The notes beneath the pieces were generated by a model. That model had not been told where the DNA came from and made no database searches. It saw nothing but the letters and a program-made list of their open reading frames with translations. A stretch of DNA of 63,230 nt, filler included, from Octopus bimaculoides (Eukaryota), in assembly GCF_001194135.2 (NCBI RefSeq). It is 6 parts of 5 records of this genome, joined end to end, with 100 filler letters (N's around TTAATTAATTAA, not from the genome) between each part and the next. Parts side by side here need not be neighbours in the genome. Positions count along the whole stretch, not along the records: positions 29,522 to 42,718 come from NC_068984.1; positions 42,819 to 56,845 come from NC_068983.1; 4 more parts are not named here. One strand, given 5' to 3'. Below are positions 34,280-47,465 of this stretch, one piece after another; the stretch's first letter is position 1, and each line of letters opens with the position of its first letter. The position numbers and the translations under genes are program-made.

Positions 34280-35394
34280 TAAATGCATATGATGAGTTTC
34301 TGAGTAGTCTCTGGCCATCAATTTTCACTCACAATGCATCTGTCATATCAGAGCTGTAGTGGAAAACACTTCACCAAAACATCATGCAGTGCAGTCAAAC
34401 CTACCAACGAACCTGCAAAAAGAACCTCTTAACAATACTGCCATTCAGCTCATCTGACTCCCTTCAAATAGAGCAGCTTTCCCTATTCAAGAGAAACACA
34501 TGAATCTCATATTTTGGATAGCTTGTGAAGGCAATGAATAGTCTCTTTCACTAGATCAAGAATATTAAATATTAGATTTTTCAATTCACAAAACTAATAC
34601 GGAGTATGTTGTATGACAATAAGTTTGGAACGTATATTTAATGTGAATTATAGCTTACAGTTTTGGTATGATATTAAGCAGGTGTTCATTCTAAATTAAT
34701 GAAATTACAGTACAATTAGTCATAGATTAATGACCATGAGCTAATTGAAGGGTTTATGGTAGATGACAGACAATACTTTTTCTGTTACATAAACAAATTA
34801 AGTTTTGTGAGGAGAGAGATAAGGATTGTAAATTTTTACTGATTCACTTCAGATCAACTTGAATTAAACAGATCTATGATCAGAAGAACACCAAATCTTT
34901 TTTTTACCTCTGGGGATACACTGTGCAATGTTTCGTATTTCTTATGGTAGTAAGGTATGATCAAAAATGATATGGTTGCTATTTCTAGCAGACTGAACAA
35001 CCATGCAGAGGCACCTAGTGTTGATGGTTAGAGTTATAGAACAGGTGATTCTGAAATTGCTTCTTTCAATGATAGAGAATGCCATCATGGTGACATGCAC
35101 CAGAAGTTAAGTAAATTATTACAGAACAAATCAATTGTTTCATATGCATACACATACATACAACACATGCACATATTATCATCAGTAGCAGAAGTAGTAC
35201 CATCATTATCAATATCAATTCTTGGGGATCTTTACTCTCTAATTTCAAATCCTGCTGAAGTCAACATTGTTTTTCTTCTTTTTAGGTTCAGTCCTGTGCT
35301 TGAGTAGATTCCTGTCTTTGTAATTCTTTCTTCTTTAATCTGTCTCTTCCTAAGACATACTACAAGTCACAACAATATCCCTACGACACCATGA

Positions 35395-35922
35395 AACTGA
35401 GAACCCACAGCATGGCATTCGGCTTGCAAAAACCTGTTGGGGCAAGTGAAAGCAAAATCGTGATGGCACCTGTACCAGTGGAGCGCTAAGAGCACCATCA
35501 GAGCGTGATCGTTGCCAGAGCAGCTGTCTGGCTTCCATGCCAGTGGCACGTAAATAACACCATTTGAGCATAATCGTTACCAGCGTCGCCTTCCTGGCAC
35601 TTGTGCCAGTGGAACATGAAAAGACATTTGAGCGAGGTCGTTGCCAGTGCTGCCGGACTGGCTCCTGTGCAGGTGGCACATAAAATACACCATTTTGAGC
35701 ATGGCCGTTGCCAGTACTGCCTAACTGGCCCTCATGCCAGTGGCACGTAAAAGCACCCACTACACTCTCGGAGTAGTTGGCATTAGGAAGGACATCCAGC
35801 TGTAGAAACTCTGCCAAATCTGATTGGATCCTGGCGTAGTCATCTGGTTTTCCAGTCCTCAGTCAAATCTTCCAGCCCATGCTAGCATGGAAAGCCGACG
35901 TTAAACAATGAGGATGATGATA
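35395..35922 (+). mobile_element. Interspersed repeat with RTE-like tail (longest copy)
   Basis: Same core as the 12517 copy with extra 5' sequence; ends in GATGATGAT. Confidence 0.85.
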
Positions 35923-36289
35923 CATATATGTTGAAAGAACAAAACTTTATTTTAAACAAAATTGCATAATATCTTTATTTTCATGGCTCAAATATATTCT
36001 TAAATCCTGTAAAACAAATCTGTTTTTTTCATCTTTTTTTCTTTAAAATATACTTCATCTAGTGACAGATAAATATAATTCAATGTATACTGTATTAAAA
36101 TAGGAGCTACTTATAGTTTCTTGCCATTAAGACACATGGATAAGTAGGTTTTTAAAAATATGTCATGTTTCTCCGAACAATATTCAAACTGCGAGCACAT
36201 GGATTGTTCTATTTGAATATCAAGACTTTGGTACATGAGAAAGAATGAGAAGGGTGTACTATAGTGATTAATCCCAAAATATGTCACAT

Positions 36290-36950
36290 CCAACTCAATG
36301 AGCTCAAAAACTTCCTAACAAAGCAGAAATACCCCTTAGGATTAATAAATGAGGGAATTGACACTTAAGGAAAAAATTAATGAACACACAATTCCATTTT
36401 ATGTAATGTACACAGTCCTGGGGTAGCCAGCTTCTTTCATACCATAAAATCAAACTTACCCACACATCTACAAATCCCCAAAATGAAAACCCTTTACAAA
36501 ACAGTACACACCAACCAAAAAATCTCAAAAGCACCTCACAGAGAATGAATCAGAATTTTCTGTAAAAGAATGGGGAGATAGCAGATGTAGAACATACAAC
36601 AACTTTAAATACTTAGAAAGTGGTTCCCACATAAAATTTCAGAGTGGATTCTTGTTCAAAGTAAATGCAAGATACAGAATCTCATATACTGTATTACTTG
36701 TCCCATCAGCAAGAAAAATTACATTGGCAAAACAACAATTCCCTCTGCCGATATGCAAAACTCCACAACCAACTCACCCAACAAGAGGAATTGTGCAAGA
36801 TTCAGCTGAGTGAGCATCTAGAAATATGCGGTGAAGGAAAGTTCAAAATCTTACCCTTTTACAAATGTTCAAGAGATGACCCAAAATTCTGAAAAGCAAT
36901 GGAGCTACACTTCATCAAAAAATTCTCTCCAAAATTAAATGTTTGAAAGA
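36290..36950 (+). mobile_element. Penelope-like element remnant (RT C-terminus to GIY-YIG end)
   Basis: ELKNFLTKQKYPLGLINEGI and ICGEGKFKILPFYKC...ELHFIKKFSPKLN motifs. Confidence 0.6.
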
Positions 36951-39309
36951 GAAGCAGGGGAACTACATCATTATCATTATAATAATTATTATTATTTCAA
37001 TTTTTTTTTAATAGTAATGATAATGAATGTAGAGAAAACATTTATATTACAGTGTTACTGTTGTTTCTGAATGTGGCTCCAATGTCAATAACATGATACT
37101 CATCACTATAAATGATCAAATATATATATAATATTGGGATATTTTTTTGACAACTGTTGATCTTATAGAACTTACATATACCCAAGAAAGAATACTTGAA
37201 CCATCTTACCACTGAGTAGGAAAGATACCTAATGTAGCTATTTAGCAGAGTAATTCATAAAAAAGATTTCTTTTGAATTATCCTATCCAAACAAGCAAGA
37301 AAAAGAAATCCTAAAAAAAGGATGAAAGATACTCAAAAAGATATATTTAAGCAGGCCTTGCTTTATTATATAATTTATATCCTACAGAGTGGCTTCCAGC
37401 TAAATACACAATATATGTACAAAACTCATTTATGATGTTTGATTAAATGTAGATAGGGAATAGATTGAATTATAAACAGTACCAAATTATTTCTTATATT
37501 CTGACTTTATTTTCCTAATTTATGAATATTGTACTAATGTTTAATGTTTTTTCATGCAAAACATGGAATTACACAGAATATGGGACTTTACTATACAAGA
37601 GTAAAGGAATATACATTTTCATAGGACTTTGAACTTTTATTCATATTTCAGTGATGACTGCACCCTTCCCTCTTTTTCATATCTTTTCTATCCTACTTTC
37701 TATTTTTCCTATCCTACTTTCACCAGCCCCTGTGATAAAATATGTTCATTTACAAATATGTTGATAGGTATACAAGGGAAAGAATAAAAGAAAAGAGAAA
37801 GAGAAAAGAAAAATGCTTTGTAATGAAATTTCAATGAATTGACCACATCAAATTGAAAAGAAACCTCTCTGTCTATTCCCTCTCTTAGCTTTTATTTCTC
37901 TCTCTCTCTCTCTCTCTCTCCCTCTCACCCTTTTTTCAAAAACAGAACAAAAACAATATTCTCTTCCTAAAGCAAAAAAGCATCCAGTTCATATAAATGA
38001 ACAATGAAACATTCTGTTTTCATCATGCTGATTCTGATTTTGTTTTGACGAATTCAAAAAAAATGAATGGAAACGCTAATACAGTATTATCCAAATTTCT
38101 GATTGCCTCCTTTTTCTCAATATGCAATATTTGTACACCACTTCAAACACTCTATACATACATATATATTTTCTTCCTCCGTCTTCCCTTCTTTGGACTT
38201 TCCTATATTTCCGATGAAGAGGTTTGCTTGAAACATCAAATTCTCTTTCTTTCCTTTCCTGAGTGTCCAGTAATACAATATCTGTATCACGTCCTCACGT
38301 TGTTGTTTTTCTGCCGTTTTTCTTGTTTGAACTCACTATATATATATATATATNNNNNNNNNNNNNNNNNNNNNNNNNNNNNNNNNNNNNNNNNNNNNNN
38401 NNNNNNNNNNNNNNNNNNNNNNNNNNNNNNNNNNNNNNNNNNNNNNNNNNNNNNNNNNNNNNNNNNNNNNNNNNNNNNNNNNNNNNNNNNNNNNNNNNNN
38501 NNNNNNNNNNNNNNNNNNNNNNNNNNNNNNNNNNNNNNNNNNNTTTTGTAAGTAGATGCAGATAAATTTAAATTTATTTATTTCTAAATTGGAACTTATC
38601 AATGCACTGCAACTTTGGATAAAACTACATGGTCATTTGAAACATTTAGGAACTATATAAACGATCAACTTTACTTTTCTTTTTCTAAAAAATAAATGGT
38701 GGAGAAAAGATGTGAGAGAAAGGGAGCATTAAAAGCTCATGAGTCACTTACAATTGAGATTACCATTAACATTATACAGAGTACGATCGATATATTCTAT
38801 TTCTTTTACTTTTAATAGTGAAGGAAAGTTTGATTGATTGAAAGTCTTTCAAGGGTCTTTTTTATTTCTCCCATTTATCATTGTTTTTATGCGTGTATGT
38901 GAGAGTGCGTGTGTATGTATGCACGTACGTATGTGTGTGTGTGTGTGTGTAAGTACATTCGCAATGTAGTAATAAGCATTTATTAATTTTTAAGCCCAAC
39001 TCATTTCTGATTGGATAGATTTCTGATCAAAAATGTTTTAGCTATGATAATCACTTCCTGTTTTTATTTTCCCTGGCGTTGTATCTAAGATTACTTTAAC
39101 CAGCAAGTCTTTCTTTTTTAAGTTAGCATAGTATGGTGTATAAATTTGTCAGTTAAGAGAGCATATGCACTAACTGGTGCAAGATTCACTGGAAAATGAT
39201 AAGGATAAGGTTGTTATTTCTGAGACAGAAAATCGACAGAATAATCATGGCAATGATGAAATTTTCAGTGGTTTCATGATAATCCATTTTTAAACTAATG
39301 ACAAGTGAC

Positions 39310-39570
39310 CGAGACATTTGGCAATATGCTGTGCTTGAGAAGACTCGTCAAGTCAAGTGTAATCATAGACATGGCCATTGTCAGTGTCATGTAAATGGCA
39401 CTAGTGCCAGTGGCCCGTAAAAAGCACCCCTTACACTCTTGGAGTGGTTGGTATTAGGAAGTGCATCCAGCTGTAGAAAACAAGCCAAATCAGACTGGAA
39501 CCTGGTACAGCTCTCTGGCTTGCCAGTTCCAGTCAAACTAGCATGGAAAGTGGACGTTCAAAGATGATGA
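39310..39570 (+). mobile_element. Diverged copy of the RTE-tailed repeat followed by GGA/GAT-rich low-complexity sequence
   Basis: AAAAGCACCC...GGAGTGGTTGGTATTAGGAAG...CTAGCATGGAAAGTGGACGTT. Confidence 0.75.
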
Positions 39571-41049
39571 GGAGGAGGAGGTGGCGGGGAGGAGGAGGTG
39601 GCAGGAAGAGGAGGAGGTAGCAGGGAGGAGGGTGAAGAGGAGGAGAATGATGACTGCAACAATAATGATGACGACGATGATGGTGGTGGTGGTGGTTGTA
39701 GTGATGATAATGATGATGATGATGATGATGATGAAGATGGTGGTGATGATGAAGAAGAGGTGGAGAAAGGGGTGATAAAATAATAGTGGTGTTCCTAGTA
39801 CTTTTTCATTTACTATAAAAAAGAAAACATTAAGATTAATCATAAACAGGACATGTCCAAATAGTTCTTGACTTAGACTTACTCTATCCCAAAGGACATT
39901 TCCTTTGCTTGAATTCAGAAAAAAAAACAAACTAATAATAACAACAACAACCACATCAGAGTGTTTCTAAAAGGAAAATTTACTTCCGTCATATACTGCA
40001 ACATTTTTAGGCTCAGGAAATAACTGTACTTGAAAAACCAAAATAGAATAAATTACTTTTTGTCACTGGTTTTGAAAGCTTTATTGCCCTGTTTCACTAA
40101 TTATCATATTATACAGCTAAAATTTCTCTCTCTAAGTGAAAAAATCATTGACACATCAGAAAATATCAATGAGAACCAATTGATTCTTGGTAGTATCTTC
40201 ACTTAGTCATTGAAACATTCATCCATATAGTTATTTTTGTTTAGCCCTAAATTGTTTAGCTCCTTATTCAAACAGATGGTCCAGCCATGATAGTTTTCAT
40301 TTTTTATGTATAGTTTATCACAGATTATTTTATCTAATGTTCTCTCAGGTTTTTCAATTTAAAAGCTAGACAGTGTTATTTGAGAGGGATTTGGCTGCTA
40401 TGTTGAACAGGTTGAACTACTTTATAGAGGCTATCTCATTGACTCAATCTATTTTAATGTGCTTTTATACTTGACTTATATAATTCTTATTGTCTCATTT
40501 GAAATTACAATGCAATTTGCTATGTCACCACTTATAAAAATATCAAGCACCATACATACAACACAGCTATAAGATAAATTTCTCATTAAAACAGTTTATT
40601 TACTACAACTGTGCTAAATGAAAAAAAAATGCAAACGAATACAATTTTCAATTTGACAAAATAGGAGAAAAAACATTGTCAAGGCAATTAAATTCAGAGA
40701 AAATTAGATTGAACATCATATGTCTTTCCCAACATCCTGACAAATTTCTAAAACATACCATAACATGAATCCAAAAACAAAAAAAAATAATGCTGCAATG
40801 ATTGCATACTAAAGTTTTCTGTAATATTAAGATTGCAGAATAGAGTAGTAAGTTTCTATCACACTGATATTGCAACACAATTTCAGTGTCAGGGATGCAG
40901 CCATTTTTTTAAACCTAAACTGCTAAGGCAGTCAGGAAAAGCATAACCATCATTACTGTCCATGACATTACATTATACATCTGTGATTGTTGCCATGAAA
41001 ATGAAATACTGACTGTGGCTGCTTACGAGATCTAATCAAATGTGTAAGC

Positions 41050-41290
41050 ATTGGTGTCCTAAAGTGAAAACAACAACACACATCAATTCAGCGTTTAATC
41101 TCCTTTGAAGTAGTCTCCTTCTGAAGTAGCCACACACTTTATCCAGTGTTGTTTCTATTGACGGAAGCATTCTTAGAAGACTTTTTTTTAGGATACTCAG
41201 CAGTTGTTTCATTGCATTATCTTGGATTTTCATGGTGTTTTTACTAGTGGGGTTTGATTTTTGCCTTGGTTTTAGGTTCATAACCATGTC
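41050..41290 (-). mobile_element. Mariner transposase C-terminal remnant
   Basis: Minus reading CFRQ*KQHWIKCVATSEGDYFKGD. Confidence 0.5.
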
Positions 41291-41329
41291 TACCCTATTT
41301 TAATGTAAGAAGTGGGGTGCATGATCTAT

Positions 41330-41690
41330 GACACCAGGAATGAGAAGGTGCTTGAAGGGCTGTGAGATGTGGTTCTTAAGGAGAATATTGTGGATAGTAT
41401 GGAGAAAATGTCCATACTATCCACAGTATTCTCCCTTCTATCCATAATATCCAGGCTGCAGTAAATAGGAAACTGCTTTGAGAAATAAAGGCCAAGCAAA
41501 TGAGATTCCTTGGTTGTGTGATGGGGAAAGAGAACCTAGAGAATTTAGAGATGACTAGGAAGATTGAAGGAAAAAGAAGCAGAGGAAAGGGAAGGATGAT
41601 ATGGATGTCAAGCTTGATGAACTAGTTGAAAGAAAGTGGCATTAAACGCCACTTTACTATATCTTATCAGTGACAATAAAACCATGTATG
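41330..41690 (+). mobile_element. RTE-clade LINE 3' remnant
   Basis: EMWFLRRIL...KQMRFLGCVMGKENLENLEMTRKIEGKRSRGKGRMIWM. Confidence 0.7.
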
Positions 41691-42338
41691 TATGTATGTA
41701 TGTCATTTCTTTTAGTTTTATTCAAGTTTGTCTTAAGAGATTTCAAGCTGGTTGCTGATAAAGCAACAAGACTTTTTGCATTAAGAGAGTTCCTGGCATT
41801 TGTAAATACGTGGTTGAATTAATGTGTTAGTTGATCTGTTGATGAACACACCCAATTGTGTACATCTATTCATCTAAATAATCTCTTACAAACTTTCTCT
41901 GTTCCTCTAATACGGAGGATTTCAAGAAATGAGCAGCAGTTTCTTATGCTCTTTCTTCAAAAAACCAACCTTGTACTTGTATGTATGTATGTATGTATGC
42001 ATGCATGCATGCGTGTGTGTGTATGCATATAACTGTATATAATATATGCATGTAAGTAGTATACATGTTTGTAAGCTAAATAACTAACCAGATAAACATT
42101 TCTTTCTTTCCTTGGTTCTGAGTTACGAAAACAAATAGCTTCTCTAAATAATTAACCCCAATCATTATTTTGCATCCAAGGTAAATCACAAGCAAAAGCA
42201 GTGACAAAAACAATAAATAAAAGAGATGTACCAGGTCTATGTAATTACATTGTGAAGGAAAAATCAAGCAACATTAGCATTTTGGATAGGTGCCTTTTGG
42301 CAAATCAGATGAAAGGATAAGAAAAAGGAAACTAATGC

Positions 42339-42373
<35 letters not shown>

Positions 42374-42925
42374 TATGTATATGCATAACTACCAGCAATT
42401 ATAAAGTCTACCAAAGAAAATCTACCACAACCTCCGTGGATATCAGAAATAAATGAAAGAAATCTGGAAAATGAAGCCCACCGAAAAAGAAAAGAAATTT
42501 GGCAGACATGGAAGAAATCTCTCAATATGAGAAAACAAAACTTCTGGAAAGCATATAAATGCTAAAAATATGCCGAAACACACTCAGAATGGATTTCCTT
42601 AACGGCACCCATACTTCCTCGGAAGTACCTAATTAAAGAAATTAGAGGAGAACCAGAGGAAGAAACAAAACTCCGATGGGATCTCGCATTAACAAAATTC
42701 AGGACCGACATTTCTATCNNNNNNNNNNNNNNNNNNNNNNNNNNNNNNNNNNNNNNNNNNNNTTAATTAATTAANNNNNNNNNNNNNNNNNNNNNNNNNN
42801 NNNNNNNNNNNNNNNNNNACTATCTACATAACAACCCACTAATTATTCTACTCCACCTATGTAAACTGTGGGTATGGGGGTATGATATCTACTATGTATA
42901 TTTTCTATTTAGTATTGGGGAAGTT

Positions 42926-43285
42926 TCATTTATGAAACACCCGTATTTGTCTGAGTATTGGGTCCTTTGGGTGCTTGGATAAGATGCGGATATCAAGTTG
43001 ACCCAGGTTGCCTCCATGTTGGACCTTGGCATATTGGTAGAGTATGGAGGACTGTCGTTTGTCGTTATATTGTCTCAAATATTTATTTAGCCGTTCCGCA
43101 ATGCTCCTAGATGTCTCCCCTATATATGTCATGTTCGTGTCTTTAAAAGCATATTCTATGCATTTTATACTGTAAACTACATTTCCAGTTCTATGGTTAA
43201 TGCCAGAGCTAATGCTACATGCCGTGTAGTTATCATTTGTGCATTTGGTATTCTCTTTAGAAAACATATATATTAGCGCTTTCAT
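42926..43285 (-). mobile_element. Penelope-like GIY-YIG endonuclease remnant
   Basis: NVVYSIKCIEY...YIGETSRSIAERLNKY matches the VVY-x-I-x-C...YIGET-x-R motif of Penelope-like elements. Confidence 0.8.
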
Positions 43286-45904
43286 CTACTCAAATAGATT
43301 CTTCAGATCTGAAGAATCTATTAGAGCAGATGAAAGCGCTTATATATGATTTATAAAAACATGTGACATATTAATAAAAATATGTAATTGTACAGCCATC
43401 CAGATCTCTGAGTATCTTATTTTTTCTAATATATAACACCTGTACATCACCTCCAAGCATTCTAATATATATATACTGTATTGAAAAGTAGCAAAAATGT
43501 CACAAAAACTGTTACTCAAAGTTTCACATTCCCGTTCGTCGGACAAGTTTTGTGATACTTTTGCTGCTTTTCAACAAAGCATATTACTTTACCTCTGGTA
43601 TTCGAATACTATTTTTTCATCTCGTTTCGCATTTATGTGCTTACTCCGNNNNNNNNNNNNNNNNNNNNNNNNNNNNNNNNNNNNNNNNNNNNNNNNNNNN
43701 NNNNNNNNNNNNNNNNNNNNNNNNNNNNNNNNNNNNNNNNNNNNNNNNNNNNNNNNNNNNNNNNNNNNNNNNNNNNNNNNNNNNNNNNNNNNNNNNNNNN
43801 NNNNNNNNNNNNNNNNNNNNNNNNNNNNNNNNNNNNNNNNNNNNNNNNNNNNNNNNNNNNNNNNNNNNNNNNNNNNNNNNNNNNNNNNNNNNNNNNNNNN
43901 NNNNNNNNNNNNNNNNNNNNNNNNNNNNNNNNNNNNNNNNNNNNNNNNNNNNNNNNNNNNNNNNNNNNNNNNNNNNNNNNNNNNNNNNNNNNNNNNNNNN
44001 NNNNNNNNNNNNNNNNNNNNNNNNNNNNNNNNNNNNNNNNNNNNNNNNNNNNNNNNNNNNNNNNNNNNNNNNNNNNNNNNNNNNNNNNNNNNNNNNNNNN
44101 NNNNNNNNNNNNNNNNNNNNNNNNNNNNNNNNNNNNNNNNNNNNNNNNNNNNNNNNNNNNNNNNNNNNNNNNNNNNNNNNNNNNNNNNNNNNNNNNNNNN
44201 NNNNNNNNNNNNNNNNNNNNNNNNNNNNNNNNNNNNNNNNNNNNNNNNNNNNNNNNNNNNNNNNNNNNNNNNNNNNNNNNNNNNNNNNNNNNNNNNNNNN
44301 NNNNNNNNNATATATATATATATAAGTAAAATACTTTTTCATGTATATCATATTATTTTCACCAAAGAAATGCATTTATTATTACTCAATATTTCACCAT
44401 TTAGAAAATTAGTTCCTCACTTCTATCTAGATGCTACCATTCAAAAGAGAAATACTTCCTTTCTTACTTTCTTTCTTCCCTTCTTCCTTTCTTTTCACTC
44501 TTCGTTTTACGTATTGTGCGTATGTGTGCGTGCGCGCGTGGATGTGTGAACATATATATTTGCATATACACCGATCACTATGCATACACAGGCACATATT
44601 TCTTATGCATTGGCATATACGTATGTGTTGGTGTGTGAGTATATATATATATATATATATATGCATATACATGTCAGTTCATATATATATAAATGCTCGA
44701 GTAGATATATATATACGTATGTATATATGAGCGTATTCATGTATATATGCATTCACTTTCTCCTATATTCTTCAGTTTAGCTTCTGGGATGGAATTGCTT
44801 ATCAGAAAAATTCAATGAAATACCAAGGTAAACGTAACTAAAAACTAATGTTTATCAGGCAAACTTCTCAAGAAAGCATATTCATTTCCAAGTGTACTTC
44901 CATGTGTCAATTAATAAAAGCTATTTTGTTTTCATAAATAGTGCAAGAAGAATGACATATTTCCCCGAGAACTAATCAACATTCAGTTACAAATGGGTAT
45001 TCCTACTGATTCTTACAATTTCATAATATACAACATCACAACAACTAAAACTAGTGTATTGAATGCAATTTCAAACCATTCTATTTGCTTATCTAAGAAT
45101 GGCATTTCTCCCCCTCCTACACCGTTCATATATTTCATAAACGAAATAGCAGTGTAATAAATAGTAGTGTTGTTAGATAATTAATTTACAGATTATGCAT
45201 ATACATATCTCAGTAGAATTTAGTGGCAATATTATATATATGTGTGTGTGTGTGTGTGTACACATACATATACTTTCTCTCTCCCACACACTTTCTCTCT
45301 CTCTCTCTCTCGATATATATATATAAAATATCTTATGTGAGCAACGAGATGTACCACTGCTATTGTTGAGTTAATGTCAGAGCTCCGTGTAGATTATCAT
45401 CATCTAGTCTGCTTCCGGTATAGCGGTTAAGTTACTAATATACTTCTTAGTATCACTGGTTATGAGATACAGAGAAAGTGCTGGAGAAATTATGATGAAC
45501 ACAAGTTTATATCATTTGTTCCCTGCGCACATTTCATCCTTTTGCTTGTTTAGAATCTCTATAGTGAATTTCCAAGTGCAAATGGACATGAAACAGTCGA
45601 TACAAAGTTTCCAAACAACCACAACAGTGAAACGTAGGTAGGGAAGAAATGATATAATACCATGCTTATCATGTGTTTATCATAATTTTTTCTACACAAA
45701 CATACACATACATGCACACATAGACACACACGCGCGCGCGGGCACACGCACATACACGCACACGCACACGCACATACACGCACACATGAACACATACGCA
45801 ATCGCACACACACACATACATGGAGACAAACAGTGAGTTGGGTATATACGCCCATTCATATAACCCGTGCGGATACACATCCACATACACGCATACATAC
45901 ATGT

Positions 45905-46672
45905 ATGGTTTTATGGGAGAAATTCGAAGAAATTCAGAAACTCCAGGATGGAAAAGCAGCTGGAAGTAACTTGATTGTTGGATAAAAGAACAAACTCCAT
46001 AAAATACAGAATAGACAACACATCAGAAAGTGATAAGTGCAGAATCTGTGGACATAATGGTGAAACTGTATGGCATATCACCAGCCAATATACGCCACTA
46101 GCCCAGAAGAAATATGAGACGCCATGACGATACAGCCAGGCTTTTCCGTTAGACACTTTGCAGCAAGTATGGACTTGACAGAGCCAAAAAATGATACGAC
46201 CACAAACCTGAAGGCATCGTCGAAAATATAAATGCAAAGATCCTATGGGATTTTATGATTCAGTGCGATCAGATAGAGAACAGGAAGCCAGACAGTCTTA
46301 TTTGAGAAAGAAAACAAACTATCCTGGATCATAGATATAGCATGCCCAGCTGACAACAAGGTATGCGATAAGGAAGACAGAAAAGTCAAGAGATATGATA
46401 GGTTAATTTGGGAAGTTAAGCAGTTGTGGTCGATGAGAAAAGTAGCAGTAGTACCAATAATTGTCGGAGCCCTGGGAACAGTGAGCAAAAATCTCGAGAA
46501 GTACATGGAACAAATAGAGGCTATAATAAGGTTGGAACACTTGCATAAAACAGCACTGCTTGGAACCGCTCGAATACTCCGGAAGGTGCTCGAAAAATAA
46601 GAGGTGTTACCTTAGTTCACTGGTAGTGAACAACTGATACCGTAGTACATCTCCAGCTGTGCAAAGGCAATG
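45905..46672 (+). mobile_element. R4/Dong-like element 3' part
   Basis: DKCRICGHNGETVWHI (CCHC finger), ILWDFMIQCD and IIDIACPADNKVCDKEDRKVKRYDRL...VVPIIVGALGTV; ends at (AAT)n. Confidence 0.85.
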
Positions 46673-46675
46673 ATG

Positions 46676-46758
<83 letters not shown>
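46673..46758 (+). repeat. (AAT)n microsatellite between two R4-like copies
   Basis: Long, nearly pure AAT tract. Confidence 0.9.
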
Positions 46759-46759
<1 letters not shown>

Positions 46760-47465
46760 TACAAACAAAATAATATATTCAAATCCAATGCCAAATCATT
46801 TTACTGGGAAACAGGGAAAGAAAAAATAACCATTGAAAATCCACCCCTAATGGAAGAAGTTGAAAACTTTTGGAAAGGGATCTGGAGTGATGGGAAACCA
46901 TACATTGAAAATGCAGACTGGATCAAACGCACCTAAGATGCCTACAGAAAACTACAAGAGCAGGTATGAGAAGAGTTCTTAATCGCCGACCTAAGGAGAG
47001 CACTAACGAAGGCTCATAAGTGGAAATACCCTGGTATTGATAAAGCACCAAATTTCTGGCTCTCATCACTCTAGTCCACACACAAAATGTTAGTAATAGT
47101 ATTTAATAGTATTATGACAGACCCGGAAAAAACTCCCCAATGGATGGCAAATTGTATTACTTACCTCCTCCCCCAAAATAACGAAACCAAAGACTACCGG
47201 CCTATAACATGTCTGTCTACTACCTATAAGATTTTGATATCTATTCTAGTGGAAAAAACATATACGTTTATGGAAGAGAATAACCTCTTTCCCACTGAAC
47301 AAAAAGGATGAAGACGAGGCTCATACGGATGCAAATATCAGCTCCAAATTAATCGCATGATCCTTGAGAACTGCCATAACAAGCGCAGAAATCTCAGCTC
47401 TTCATGGATTGATTATAAAAAAAGCCTTTGACAGCATACCACATTCGCGGATTCTGAAACAGCAA
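46759..47465 (+). mobile_element. R4/Dong-like RT region
   Basis: FWKGIWSD, KYPGIDKAPNFWL, YRPITCLSTTYKIL, EQKG*RRGSYGCKYQL and WIDYKK-AFDSIPH motifs. Confidence 0.9.

Noticed and set aside
39538-39954. Poly-Asp/Met/Ile ORFs (also 59367-59751 and 46612-46794)
   Set aside because: Trinucleotide GAT, GGT and AAT tracts. The acidic runs superficially resemble SEM1 exon 2 but lack its Trp residues and splice sites.
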